Shown here: positions 48,694-61,010 of the stretch, in pieces
How the letters are laid out: every line of letters begins with the position of its first letter
How positions within the stretch are numbered: position 1 is the stretch's first letter
From: an uncultured Actinomycetes bacterium
GTDB lineage: Bacteria; Actinomycetota; Thermoleophilia; UBA2241
Direction: 5' to 3'
NCBI GenBank assembly: GCA_963725665.1
Contig: CAVRZA010000002.1
Coordinates: 416,001-480,000 of the forward strand
Length of the DNA: 64,000 nt
Notes under the pieces: model-generated
What the model was told of the DNA's origin: nothing
Database searches by the model: none
Seen by the model: only the letters and a program-made list of their open reading frames with translations
Translations under genes and position numbers: made by a program

Positions 48694-50082
48694 TTACGAG
48701 GTCACGTCGCGCACGAGGTCTTCGAAGGCGCCGACGTAGCGATCGATGTCCTGGTCGGTGTGCTGGATGGAGAGCGTCCACTCCTCTTCGCGACCAGGAG
48801 CGATGATCACCCCGCGGTTGATGTTGTAGAGCCACGCCAGGGCGACTAGCTCGTGGTCCTGGTACTTGATGAACGACTCGTAGTCCGTGATCTTCCCGCT
48901 GGCGAAGTTGATGCAGCCCTTCGAGCGGATGCCGACCGCGTAGGAGGGGAAGTCGTACTTCGCCGCGATGGCGTCGCACTCGGTGATGAGTCGCTCGTTG
49001 AGATGATCGAGCCAGGCGTAGGCCTCGGGTGTCATGACCTCCTCCAGGCTGGCGCGGGCGGCGGCCATCGAGAGCGGGTTGCCGCTGTAGGTGCCCACCT
49101 GGAAGACGGTGCCGTCCTCGACGACCGACATGACTTCGTCACTGCCACCGATGCCTCCCGAGGGGAGACCGGCCGCGAGAGCCTTGGCCAGCGTCACCAT
49201 GTCGGGCACGACGCCGAAGCGCTCGACGGCACCGCCGGGGGCGGTGCAGATGCCGGTCTTGACCTCGTCGAAGATGAGCACGATGCCGTGCTTCTTGGTG
49301 ATCTCGCGCACGGCTTCGAGGTAGCCGGGCTCAGGGAGCACGACGCCGAGGTTCATCATGGCCGCCTCCATGATGACGCAGGCCGGCTTGCGGCCTTCGG
49401 CGATGAGCCTCTCGATGCGCGCCTCCATCATCGGGGCGTCGTTGAAGGGCACCGGGATGATCATGTCGACGACGGCCTGGGGGATGCCGCCCCCGTAGGG
49501 CAGCGAGGCGTAGTCGTCGCGCGGGCCGATCGTGCCGTAATCGACGGCGCCGATCGAGACCATCGCGTAGTCGTGGTGACCGTGGTAGGAGCCGAAGATC
49601 TTCATCACGGTGTCGCGGCCGGTGTAGGCACGGGCGACGCGCATGGCGTCCATCGTGGCCTCGGAGCCCGAGTTCACGAAGCGCCACTTCGGCAGCTTGA
49701 AGTCCTTGGCCAGTCGCTCGGCGACGATGATGGAGTCCTCAGTCGGCAGCGCGAACTGCGAGCCGAGCTCGATGCGCTTCTGAACCGCCTCGACGATGGC
49801 CGGGTGCGCGTGGCCCTGGACCATGCAGCCGAAGCCATTGTGAAAGTCGCTGATCTCCTGGCCGTCGACACTGTAGATCTTCGAGCCCTTGCCATGGGTG
49901 AAGTAGATGGGGTACGGGTCGCGCGCCTGATAGGTCGAGGCGACTCCCATGGGCATGGACTTCTTGGCTCTCTGGTAGATCTCGTAGGATCTCGGGGTCG
50001 ACTCCTCGAGGCGCTTCTCCTCGCGTTCCATGAGGTCCTGGATGCGTTTGCGCTCGATGCGGACGGGTGCGGTTGATGCCAT
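48694..50082 (-). CDS. Class III aminotransferase (GSA-aminomutase-like)
   Basis: FVNSGSEAT, YHGHHD, IFDEVKTG, LAKALAAG. Confidence 0.88.
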   Translation of the reverse strand: MASTAPVRIERKRIQDLMEREEKRLEESTPRSYEIYQRAKKSMPMGVASTYQARDPYPIYFTHGKGSKIYSVDGQEISDFHNGFGCMVQGHAHPAIVEAVQKRIELGSQFALPTEDSIIVAERLAKDFKLPKWRFVNSGSEATMDAMRVARAYTGRDTVMKIFGSYHGHHDYAMVSIGAVDYGTIGPRDDYASLPYGGGIPQAVVDMIIPVPFNDAPMMEARIERLIAEGRKPACVIMEAAMMNLGVVLPEPGYLEAVREITKKHGIVLIFDEVKTGICTAPGGAVERFGVVPDMVTLAKALAAGLPSGGIGGSDEVMSVVEDGTVFQVGTYSGNPLSMAAARASLEEVMTPEAYAWLDHLNERLITECDAIAAKYDFPSYAVGIRSKGCINFASGKITDYESFIKYQDHELVALAWLYNINRGVIIAPGREEEWTLSIQHTDQDIDRYVGAFEDLVRDVTS

Positions 50083-50422
50083 GCTCGGTTCACTCCTTCT
50101 GCGTAACGACCTGCTCGATGAGTTGCCGCCAGTCTCTAGGGCCGGTTATCACCCCTTCGGTCGCGCTTGCGCGGCGGGTGCAGGAGGGGGGCGTGAAGGC
50201 GTAGGTCCTGCGACCCCGGCTCATGCCCGCTCGCCAGCATCGTTCGCTAGAGCCGGCGACGGGACGGTGCGTTTGGCGGTCCTATTCTATACGTTCTGAG
50301 GCGGTCGACAAGCGTGATATGCTTCCGAATCGGCAAAGGAGCGACGGCACAGGGATGAGTTTCGTCAGTCCTCGCGACTATGGTTGCCGAATCGGCGAAT
50401 CATCATGCCTGCCGGTATCTCC

Positions 50423-51763
50423 TCATACGGCCACAGCCGCGACGGCCGCCATGGCCTCGTGCGCCGCCGCCAGTGTGCGCTCCACGTCTTCGTCGGTGTG
50501 CACGATCGATGCGAACCAGCGCTCGAAGGGCCCCGGGTGGAAATAGACGCCACGGTCGAGCATCTCGGTCTGGAAGGCCGTGAAACGGGCCGTGTCGAGG
50601 ACCGCGCGCATGGTGCGCGAGTTGTCGATGACGGGATCGTCGGGGGCGTCGTCACGCAAGAAGAGGATCTGCCACAGCGGGCCGAGGCCGAGCACCTTGG
50701 CGCGCACGCCGTGCTCGTCGGCGGCTCGCTGCAGCCCCGCCGACACACGGTTGCCGACCTCGTGAAGGCGTGAGAAGAAGGTGTCCTCGTTGGCGATCAT
50801 CTCGCTCAGGACGACGTTGCTGGCCGCCAGGTTCACCGGCATGGCCGTGTAGGTGCCGCCGTGCATCACCTCGTTCGAGGCCTCGAGTCGCATCACCTCG
50901 CGCGTGCCGCCGAACGCCGCCACGGGAAAGCCGCCGCCGATCGCCTTTGAGTAGCAGGAGATGTCGGGCAGAACGCCGTAGTAGCCCTGGGCGCCGCCGA
51001 GCGCCAGACGGAAGCCCGTCATCACCTCGTCGAAGACGAGCAGGATGCCGTTCTCCGCGGTGATGCGGCGCAAGAAATGCAGCCACTCCGGGTCGACGGG
51101 CAGGATGCCCGAGTTGCACATCTGCGGTTCGCAGAGCACCGCGGCCAGTTCGCCCTTGTGCTTGGCGATGAGGGCCTCGAAGTACTCGGGGCGGTTCCAC
51201 GAGGCGATCACCAGGGTGTCGCCGATCGCCTCCGGGCACCCCAGTGTGAGCGTCGGCTCCGGTTCAGACTCTGGGCCCGCGTTGGCGTGTGCGCCGGAGT
51301 AGCTCACGAAGTGCTCGTCGGACCAGCCGTGGTAGTGCCCCTCGAACTTGACGATCTTGTCCTTGCCCGTGTAGGCGCGCGCGAGGCGCATCGCCGCCAG
51401 CGTCGCCTCGGTACCGGACATGGCGAAGCGGATCATGTCGACGCTGGGGGCCGCCTTCACGATCTTCTCGCCCACCTCGGCGTCGAGTTCGTGGGGGAAC
51501 GTGTACATGCTGCCGCGCTCCTGGAGCTGCTCCACGACCGCGGCGACGATCTTCGGGTGCCGGTGCCCCATGATGAGAGGACCGTAGCCGATACACCAGT
51601 CGATGTACTCGTTGCCGTCGACGTCGAAGATGTGCGAGCCCTCGCCGCGAGCCATGCAGAACCCCGGCCCCTCGGCCAGACGGGCGTAGCTCGACTCACC
51701 TCCGGCGATGGACTGCTCGATGCGCGCGAACAGGGCGTCGGATGCTGTGTGCTGACGAGGCAC
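50423..51763 (-). CDS. Second class III aminotransferase (GSA-aminomutase-like)
   Basis: DVDGNEYID, SGTEAT, FEGHYHG, FDEVMTGFR, SKAIGGG; AAGGAGG SD before GTG 51763. Confidence 0.88.
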   Translation of the reverse strand: MPRQHTASDALFARIEQSIAGGESSYARLAEGPGFCMARGEGSHIFDVDGNEYIDWCIGYGPLIMGHRHPKIVAAVVEQLQERGSMYTFPHELDAEVGEKIVKAAPSVDMIRFAMSGTEATLAAMRLARAYTGKDKIVKFEGHYHGWSDEHFVSYSGAHANAGPESEPEPTLTLGCPEAIGDTLVIASWNRPEYFEALIAKHKGELAAVLCEPQMCNSGILPVDPEWLHFLRRITAENGILLVFDEVMTGFRLALGGAQGYYGVLPDISCYSKAIGGGFPVAAFGGTREVMRLEASNEVMHGGTYTAMPVNLAASNVVLSEMIANEDTFFSRLHEVGNRVSAGLQRAADEHGVRAKVLGLGPLWQILFLRDDAPDDPVIDNSRTMRAVLDTARFTAFQTEMLDRGVYFHPGPFERWFASIVHTDEDVERTLAAAHEAMAAVAAVAV

Positions 51764-51876
51764 TGAAACCCCCTCCTTGCTGCCGCGGGGCGGCGGCCTT
51801 GGGACGCGCCTTCGTCCCCCGCGTTCGCTGTGGCTTGCGTCCATCCTATACGGACGCTCTCGAGGCAGGCAAAGAG

Positions 51877-51914
51877 AGCGAGGGGCGGCTCCCTGGCGGG
51901 AGCCGCCCCTCGCT
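51877..51914 (-). terminator. Intrinsic terminator after the cytochrome gene
   Basis: 17-bp stem AGCGAGGGGCGGCTCCC/GGGAGCCGCCCCTCGCT, followed by CTCTTT on the minus strand. Confidence 0.75.
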
Positions 51915-51962
51915 TGTTCTCGCTCTCCTGAGCGGAGTGCTCAGGCGTTCAGCAGAAGGGTC

Positions 51963-54518
51963 CTACTTCGCCGTCACCGTGACGACCCCGCTCATGCCCT
52001 GCATGACGGTGGGACCGGCGGCCTTGACGGCGCGCAGCTTGTAGGTGCCCTTCTTGGTCGTGAAGGCGTAGTCGAACCTGCTCCTCGAGTTGACCCCCAC
52101 GCCGCTCTTGAACGTCTTCCAGACGCCGTTCACCTGGCGCTGGATCGTCACAGGACCGGCAGTCGGGCCTACGGTGCCGTTGAGGGTCACCTTCGTCCCC
52201 GCGGTCACGGACCGCTTGGAGGCCGATAGAGTCACCCGGTAGGCGACGTTGACTGTCGCGCTGGCGCCGAAGGTCGGCGCGTAGTTGGCGTCGCCCACGA
52301 ACAGGATTCTGTAGGTCGTGTTCCTGTTGGGCTGGACTCCGGTGTAGCTGTAGTTGGAACCGCTGAGGGTGGCAAAGCTCCCCGGTGTCCCATTGATGTA
52401 CAGCCGCACCTCATCGCCGGCCATGAGCGCAGGGCCACCAGTCGGGATGGTTACGCTACCGGAGAGGGTAAGGGTCTTGCCGTAAGTGACCGTGGCAGCA
52501 CTGGACGTGATGGTCACGCCCGCGACCGGCACCCTGAAGGCGTCGGCCTGCTCCATGGCCTTGTTGATGACGGCCACGCCGTACTGCCAGTTGTGGACGC
52601 CCAGCTGCCTTCCTGGGCCACGAGCTCCATGTTGGTCCAGGCCTTGCCGAAGTCGGAGTTGGCGACGTCGGGGTCGGCCAGGGCGTTCTGGACGGCGGAC
52701 ATCGCCGGCGGGCCGGCGGTGTCTGTGAAGCCCATCTGGCGGGCCTTGGCATCGAGCGTGGCCGTGACCTCATCGACCATCGTCGTCCGTCCACTCCTGA
52801 CGCTGGTCGATGATCTGCTGCATGGCCTCCGTCTTGGCCGGGTTATCGCCGTTCGTGCCCTCGTGGCACGTCGAGCAGGCCGAGTACGGCATATGACGGG
52901 TCGTCGGCATGCTGCTGAAGGTGACGGTCCCGCCATTGGAGGCTGCAAGACCCGACGCCGGATTCGTGTAGGTGAAGCTGCTTGCGGAGACGATCGCCGT
53001 CACCGCGAAGGTGCCGTTGTAGCCGGCAACGGGTACGCCGGCGATGGTCACGTTCAGGCCTACGGCGGCCGCGGTCCAGTTGAGCGGGGTGCGCGTGGTG
53101 ATGGTGACCGTGGTGCCCGCCGTCTCCTCCTCCACCTCGACGATCTCGGCCGAGCCGCTGATGTTGATCGCGGTGGTGGTGTCCATCGCCTGTTCCGGCA
53201 TGATCGGCGTGAAGACGTGGTTGGCGGCGACGCTCGCGTCGCCACTGCCGGTTATGGCGGTCGGTACCATGTGGCACTGCACGCAGAAGCCCGTGTGCAG
53301 AGCCGGCATCTTCGGCACGTCGATGGCGCCGATGCCGTCCATGAACTCCTTGGTCGGATGGTTGATCTCGGCGCCGGGCGCGAAGGTGGTCTCACCCTCG
53401 GCGAGCTCGCCGTTGTGGCAGCTGCCGCAGAGCGTCGCCCGCGTCAGGACCTCGTTGGTGCCGGGATTCCGCTCGATGAGCTGCGCGTTGCGCTCGCTGG
53501 CATCTCCTTCGTGCTCACCGCCCCAGACCGAGTTCGATACGCCCCTCTTGTGCGGGTCGTGGCAGGCCACGCAGCTGTCGCCGTACTTGATCTCGTCCTT
53601 GGTGACCACGTTGTTGTTGCTGTCGTGCGCCGGCTGGTTCGGGTCGGGGTTGACGATCAGCTTCGGGCCCGACAGGCCGCCGGCGACCAGGATGCGCTGG
53701 TCGGCCGACATGCAGTGCCCGCAGAAGTTGACCTTCTCGTTGGCCGAGACGGCGGTGTCGGGGACGAACGTGTTCAGCACGGCCCACGAGTTGAAGTGCG
53801 TGATGGGCAGCGGGGTGCCCTCGGGCACCGGTAGCGCGCCGCTGTACCAGCCCTGGGCCATCTCGTCGTACTGGACGGCGCCGGTATCGTGGACGTTCAG
53901 GGTATAAGGGGTGTTCGGCCAGCGTTGTAGCTGGCTGCCGACATTGATGACGCTAGCCAGCGGTGTCGTGAACGGATCGTAGCCGGGCCAGAAACGCAGG
54001 GTGGTCGGGGTCGGGGTGCCCGGATCGGCCGGGTTGTAGACGGGGTACGTCGCCATGGCCTGGCTGCGTTGGTCGTGGCACTGCCCGCACACGTCGGGGT
54101 TGGCGAACTGCCCGTAGTCGAGCGGGTTGGAGGTCGCTGGGGGCGGGTTCCAGCTGGCGACCCCCTTGTGCGTGGTGACCGCGTTGTAGTGGCAAGCGGA
54201 GCAGCCGACGAACGCCTCGGTGGGGTTGTCGCCCACGCCTGTCGCTAGGTCCCACGCGATGGGCTGTGCAGGGTCGAAGTTCCCCGAATGGCAGCCCGCG
54301 CAGGTCGCCCGGTTGGACTGCTCCGTGTTGTTCGCCACCGAGGCGTGGGCTGTCTGGGCCCAGTCGGAGATAGGCGGCGCCGAGGCACCGTGGCAAGCCT
54401 CGCATGTGGTCACCGGCGTGAAGCCATCCAAGGCCAACGGTCGATAGCCGGCGAACGCTGCCGGCACGACTATCAGGGCCACCAGGGCGACGACGGCGAA
54501 GATGGTGAGCCGCTTCAA
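51963..54518 (-). CDS. Secreted multiheme c-type cytochrome with Ig-like C-terminus; frameshifts near 52783 and 52600
   Basis: Signal peptide MKRLTIF...PAAFA; 8 CxxCH plus CGHCM; corrected EGSWGVHN..Y motif; beta-rich tail. Confidence 0.9.
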
Positions 54519-55000
54519 CGGCGTCACCTCCCTTCTCTTTCTAGTGTTTCGAGGACTATCCGCACTCATGTCAGTGTCACCTCCTCTCTTCACGGCGGAA
54601 GAGAAGTCGTGGCGAGGACCCTCGGAACGGGCCCTCGACCCCGTGAGCAGACGTGCAGGGGAGCCGTTCCCAAGAACGGGTTCGGCCGCACCCGATGCGG
54701 CTCTCTGGGAGTGTGATCGATGAGAAAGGACGTGAGAGCTGCGGCTGCGCCGCGTTCCCGGCGATGAAGCGTACAAGCTGGCCCCCCAGTCCCTGTGGCT
54801 CGCGCCGGACCATGGCTCCGTGGATTCCGGCGAGAGAGGTATACCTGAATTCGAGCGCTGGGGCAATAAGAACCTCCGTTGTACACCGAGGCGCTTGAAA
54901 CCGGGACCGACTGCGTCTTCGCCTCCCGGTCGCAGCAGGGGACGGCGGTCAGGTGGGAGAACTCGAGGTCTCCGTCATGGCCCCGTCGCCCTGTGCGTGC

Positions 55001-56152
55001 CTAGGGCAACGAGTCCGGTCCCTCCAGGGGCTGGTCGGCCGTCTTGCGCTGCCAGCCCTCGAACGAGACGCGCGACGAGAAGAAGCTGACGGACTCCTTG
55101 ACCATCGGGATGAGCGGGATCGCCAGGAAGGCTCCGGTGAGCCCGTGGATCTGACCACCGGCGAGAATGACGAAGATGACCAGAAGCGGGTGCACCCTGA
55201 AGCGGCTGCCCATGATGAGAGGGGCGAGGATGTGTCCTTCCACCTGCTGGATGAGCAGGAAAGCGACGATCACCCACAGCGCCGCCAGCGGCGAGTGGAA
55301 GAGAGCCACGATCGTCGGCGGGACGGCCGCCATGACCGGCCCGACGTAGGGGATCACCTCCATGAGGGCGGTCCACGCACCGAAGAAGACGGCGTACTTC
55401 GACCCCGACGGGAACACGCCCGTGACCCCGAGCAGCCACATGGCCAGGCCGGCGCTCAGGCCGAGCGCTGCCGAGAGCAGCACCTGGGCCTTCACGTAGT
55501 TGATGACGGCGCTCTGCACGACCGCCACGAACTCCTCCCCGTCCGCCTGCGATCGCGTGGGGAAATGGGTCGTGATGAAGCGCACGATGCGTTTCGCGTC
55601 GAGCAGCATGTAGATCGAAACGACGACGATGATGATGGTGATGGCGATCCCCCGCACCAGCGACACACCCAGGTCGACGAGGCTCCGTGACGCGGCCGGC
55701 AGGCTTTGCGACAGGCTCTGCGCGATCCTGGCGGCCTCGGCGTTCACGTCGATGTTGAGTCGCACGCGATCGGCCAGTCGCTGCAGGTTGTCGATGCTGC
55801 CGCGCGCTCCCTCCACCAGACCGGGGAGGGTGTTCAGGAGGTTCTCGAGCTGGCGCAGCGCCGGCGGCACGACGAGCACGCCGATGAGGACGATGACCGC
55901 GACGAAGGCCAGGTAGACGAGAAAGACCCCGAACGGGCGTGGGATGCGCACCCGCTGCAGCACGCGGACGATGGGATTGAGGACCAGGGCGATGAGCATC
56001 GCCGTGAGGAAGACGAAGATCGCCTCGCCGACCAGGCCGATCGTGAACCAGGCCACGAGCAGCAGTACGGGGAGCGTACCGAGCTGGACCCAGCGAGGGA
56101 TCTCGATGTGACCCTTCGAGGCTTCCTTGTCTGCTTGCACGCGTTCTCCCAC
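55001..56152 (-). CDS. AI-2E family transporter
   Basis: LIALVLNP, IPYVGP, QQVEGHILAP, VHPL, GAFLAIP. Confidence 0.92.
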   Translation of the reverse strand: MGERVQADKEASKGHIEIPRWVQLGTLPVLLLVAWFTIGLVGEAIFVFLTAMLIALVLNPIVRVLQRVRIPRPFGVFLVYLAFVAVIVLIGVLVVPPALRQLENLLNTLPGLVEGARGSIDNLQRLADRVRLNIDVNAEAARIAQSLSQSLPAASRSLVDLGVSLVRGIAITIIIVVVSIYMLLDAKRIVRFITTHFPTRSQADGEEFVAVVQSAVINYVKAQVLLSAALGLSAGLAMWLLGVTGVFPSGSKYAVFFGAWTALMEVIPYVGPVMAAVPPTIVALFHSPLAALWVIVAFLLIQQVEGHILAPLIMGSRFRVHPLLVIFVILAGGQIHGLTGAFLAIPLIPMVKESVSFFSSRVSFEGWQRKTADQPLEGPDSLP

Positions 56153-56283
56153 GGGTCGGTGGCTCGAAAACGATTATATCCGGCGCCCCTGCAGGCCGTT
56201 CTCGCTCCTGAGTCGCGGGCGAGAAAGACGCAGATGGACCCGAGCGACCGGCCGGCGTTTCGGATGCGGCGCCTTCGGGGACG

Positions 56284-56331
56284 AAGTTGACACTGATATG
56301 ACTCAACTTTTATGATCAATACGCACTCAGT
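56284..56331 (+). promoter_or_regulatory. dnaK promoter with HAIR-like HspR operators
   Basis: TTGACA-N18-TATGAT overlapped by AAGTTGA-N12-TCAACTT and ATGATC-N7-ACTCAG; hspR lies in the same operon. Confidence 0.75.
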
Positions 56332-56349
56332 CTCCAAGGAGGAACACGA

Positions 56350-58257
<1,908 letters not shown>

Positions 58258-58438
58258 CCGCGGCTCGAGACCTCGGACAACGACGAGCAGAGGCAGTCCC
58301 CGCTCGACACGTGCGACGGACCACCCGCGGATGGCGGGGTGCCCGTCGCGACCTAGGACCACGTGACGCGACCCGTGCGTTCGCCCGGCGGGGAGCGCTG
58401 GGAGACCACCGGATACGGGCGAAACGAAGGAGGCAGAG

Positions 58439-58897
58439 ATGGCTATCATCAGATGGGATCCGTTTCGCGAGATGACGAACGTTCAGGACCCGTTCGACCG
58501 CCTCTGGCGGGGCATGCTCGAGGGACGTCGCGGTCAGGAGAGCTGGCTGCCGGCCGTCGACGTGTTCGACACCAAGGACGCCGTCGTGCTCAAGGCGGAG
58601 CTCGCCGGCATGAACCCTGACGACATCGAGATCGAGGTCGACGACAACGTGCTCACCATCAAGGGCGAGCGCAAGTTCGAGGAGAGGGTCGACGAGGAGC
58701 GCTACTACCGCGTGGAGCGCCGCTACGGGTCCTTTTCGCGCAGCCTCGCCCTGCCGCAGGGCGTCAGGGCCGACGACATCCAGGCAGACTACGAGGACGG
58801 CGTCCTCGAGGTACGCGTGCCCAAGGCCGAGGAGGAGAAGCCCAAGAAGATCTCCGTCAAGGCCGGGCAGAAGACGGTCGAGGCCAAGAAGGCCTGA
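58439..58897 (+). CDS. Hsp20 small heat-shock protein
   Basis: WDPF, PAVDV, ERRYGSFSR, YEDGVL, C-terminal ISV. Confidence 0.95.
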   Translation: MAIIRWDPFREMTNVQDPFDRLWRGMLEGRRGQESWLPAVDVFDTKDAVVLKAELAGMNPDDIEIEVDDNVLTIKGERKFEERVDEERYYRVERRYGSFSRSLALPQGVRADDIQADYEDGVLEVRVPKAEEEKPKKISVKAGQKTVEAKKA

Positions 58898-59030
58898 CGC
58901 CGTCGGCGCGGTCGCGACGTTGGGGTCGCGACCGCTCGCGGGGCTCGCGTGCGCGAGCCCCGCGCGAGCGGTCGCTGCCGAGCAGAGCGACGGCGGGCGT
59001 ACGGCAACGACGACGACGGGAAACCGGAGC

Positions 59031-59801
59031 ATGATGACCGACAGAGGAAAGCAGAGAGACGACGCGAGCGGCGGCGACGGTAAGCGGCGCCGTGTGCGCG
59101 TGACCGTCGGCCGCGACGGGACCGGCGAGCCGGCGAGCGACGACTCCGCCGCGGGCGCGGACGAACGCGCTCGCGGCGAGACCGACGAAGTCGGCGGCCG
59201 TCCTCGTGGCGAGACCGACGACGCCGCCGCCGGTCCGGCCACGGTCGCCGGCGAGCGATCCCGAAGCGAGTCTGACGAAGCGGCCGCTGGCCCAGCGGGT
59301 GCGGGCGAGGATGTCTCCGACGAGGTCGAGGCGCTGGTGGCCGAGGCGTGTATCGCGGAGCTCGCCAAGGCCGAGGCGGAGCGCGACGCCTACCTCGACC
59401 AATTGCTGCGGCTGAAGGCCGAGTTCGACAACTACCGCAAACGTCTGCAGCGCGATGGCGAGGCCCTGCGCCTGCGTGCGGCCGAAGGCCTCGTCGAGTC
59501 GCTCCTGCCGGTGGTCGACAACATGGAGCGCGCCCTCGAGGCTGCGGGCAAGCACGAAGAGAGCAAGCTGGTCGAGGGCGTGGAGCTGGTGAGCGAGCAG
59601 CTGCGTTCGGTGCTGGCGAGTCAGGGACTCGAAGAGGTGCCGGCCGAGCCGGGCGTACCGTTCGATCCCACCGTGCACGAGGCCGTGCTGGCGCAGGAGT
59701 CGGCGGAGCATCCCGAGGGCACCATCGCCGCCGTGCTCGAGAAGGGCTACCTGCTGCACGGCCGGCTTCTGCGGCCGGTGAAAGTGATCGTTGCCCGCTA
59801 G
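59031..59801 (+). CDS. grpE: Nucleotide exchange factor GrpE with long acidic N-terminus
   Basis: [28 protein letters not shown]. Confidence 0.95.
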   Translation: MMTDRGKQRDDASGGDGKRRRVRVTVGRDGTGEPASDDSAAGADERARGETDEVGGRPRGETDDAAAGPATVAGERSRSESDEAAAGPAGAGEDVSDEVEALVAEACIAELAKAEAERDAYLDQLLRLKAEFDNYRKRLQRDGEALRLRAAEGLVESLLPVVDNMERALEAAGKHEESKLVEGVELVSEQLRSVLASQGLEEVPAEPGVPFDPTVHEAVLAQESAEHPEGTIAAVLEKGYLLHGRLLRPVKVIVAR

Positions 59802-59814
59802 GCGGACGAGAGGT

Positions 59815-60957
59815 ATGGCCGACGATTTCTACAAGGTCTTGGGGGTCGACAAGAAAGCCTCGCAGGACGAGATCAAGAAGGCTTTCCGCAAGCTGGCGCG
59901 TCAGTATCACCCCGACCGCAACCCGGGCGACAAGGCGTCCGAGGAGAAGTTCAAGGAGGTCAACCAGGCCTACGAGACGCTCTCCGACGCCGAGAAGCGC
60001 AAGCAGTACGACGAGCTCAGCCGTCTGGGCGCCTTCGGGCCGGGCGGCGGGTTCCGCCCGGGTCAGGGCGGCTTTCGCGGGTTCGACCCGAGCATGTTCG
60101 GGCAGGGCGGCTACCAGCAGTTCGACATGGGCGACCTGTTCTCGAACCTCTTCGGCGGCGCGGCCGCGGGCGCCAGAGGCGCCCGCGGCCGCGCCGCCCG
60201 ACCCGAGCGCGGCGCCGACCTGCAGGCCGACGTGACGATCTCGTTCGACGATTCCCTGCGCGGCGTCGAGGCCCGCGTGCCCGTGACCAAGCCCGACGTG
60301 TGCCAGACGTGTCACGGATCGGGGGCGAAGCCCGGTACCACGCCGAAGATCTGCCCGCAGTGCCAGGGGCGCGGGGTGCTCTCCGAGAACCAGGGGTTCT
60401 TCGCCCTCTCGCAGCCGTGCCCTCGTTGTGGCGGCAACGGTACCGTGATCGAGTCGGCCTGTCCCACCTGCGGTGGGTCCGGTATGGTCGAGCAGACGAG
60501 GCGCTACACCGTGAAGGTCCCCCCCGGCGTCAAGGAGGGCACGCGCATCAAGCTCAAGGGCAAGGGCGAGGCCGGGACGCGCGGCGGCCCGGCGGGCGAC
60601 CTGTACGTCGTCACGCACGTCGAGTCCAGCACGCTCTTCGAGCGCTCGGGCGCCGATCTCGTGCTCGAGGTGCCAGTGACCTTCACCGAGGCCACGCTCG
60701 GCGCGACGGTGCACATCCCGACACCGGGTGGTGGGCGCGTGGCGCTCAAGGTCCCGCCGGGGACGACCGACGGCCGCACTCTCAGGGTGCGCGGCAAGGG
60801 CGCGCCGAGGCTCAGCGGTGGCGGCCACGGCGACCTGCTGGCGCGCGTGCGCGTGGTCGTGCCGGCGAAGCTGAGCAAAGAAGAGCGTGAGTTGGTAGAG
60901 AAGCTGGGCAAGAGTCAGTCCGACCCGCGCCGAGCGCTCTTCGGCGAGGGCTTCTAG
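59815..60957 (+). CDS. dnaJ: Chaperone DnaJ
   Basis: HPD J-domain, G/F region, four CxxCxGxG repeats. Confidence 0.97.
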   Translation: MADDFYKVLGVDKKASQDEIKKAFRKLARQYHPDRNPGDKASEEKFKEVNQAYETLSDAEKRKQYDELSRLGAFGPGGGFRPGQGGFRGFDPSMFGQGGYQQFDMGDLFSNLFGGAAAGARGARGRAARPERGADLQADVTISFDDSLRGVEARVPVTKPDVCQTCHGSGAKPGTTPKICPQCQGRGVLSENQGFFALSQPCPRCGGNGTVIESACPTCGGSGMVEQTRRYTVKVPPGVKEGTRIKLKGKGEAGTRGGPAGDLYVVTHVESSTLFERSGADLVLEVPVTFTEATLGATVHIPTPGGGRVALKVPPGTTDGRTLRVRGKGAPRLSGGGHGDLLARVRVVVPAKLSKEERELVEKLGKSQSDPRRALFGEGF

Positions 60958-61010
60958 TGAGCGCCGCCGACACGAGAGGGTCGTGATCGCCTGCGGCGGG
61001 GGCTGAAGCG

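Noticed and set aside
50350-50375. Hammerhead-like CTGACGA/GAAAC on the minus strand
   Set aside because: The two elements overlap with no stem II or flanking stems.
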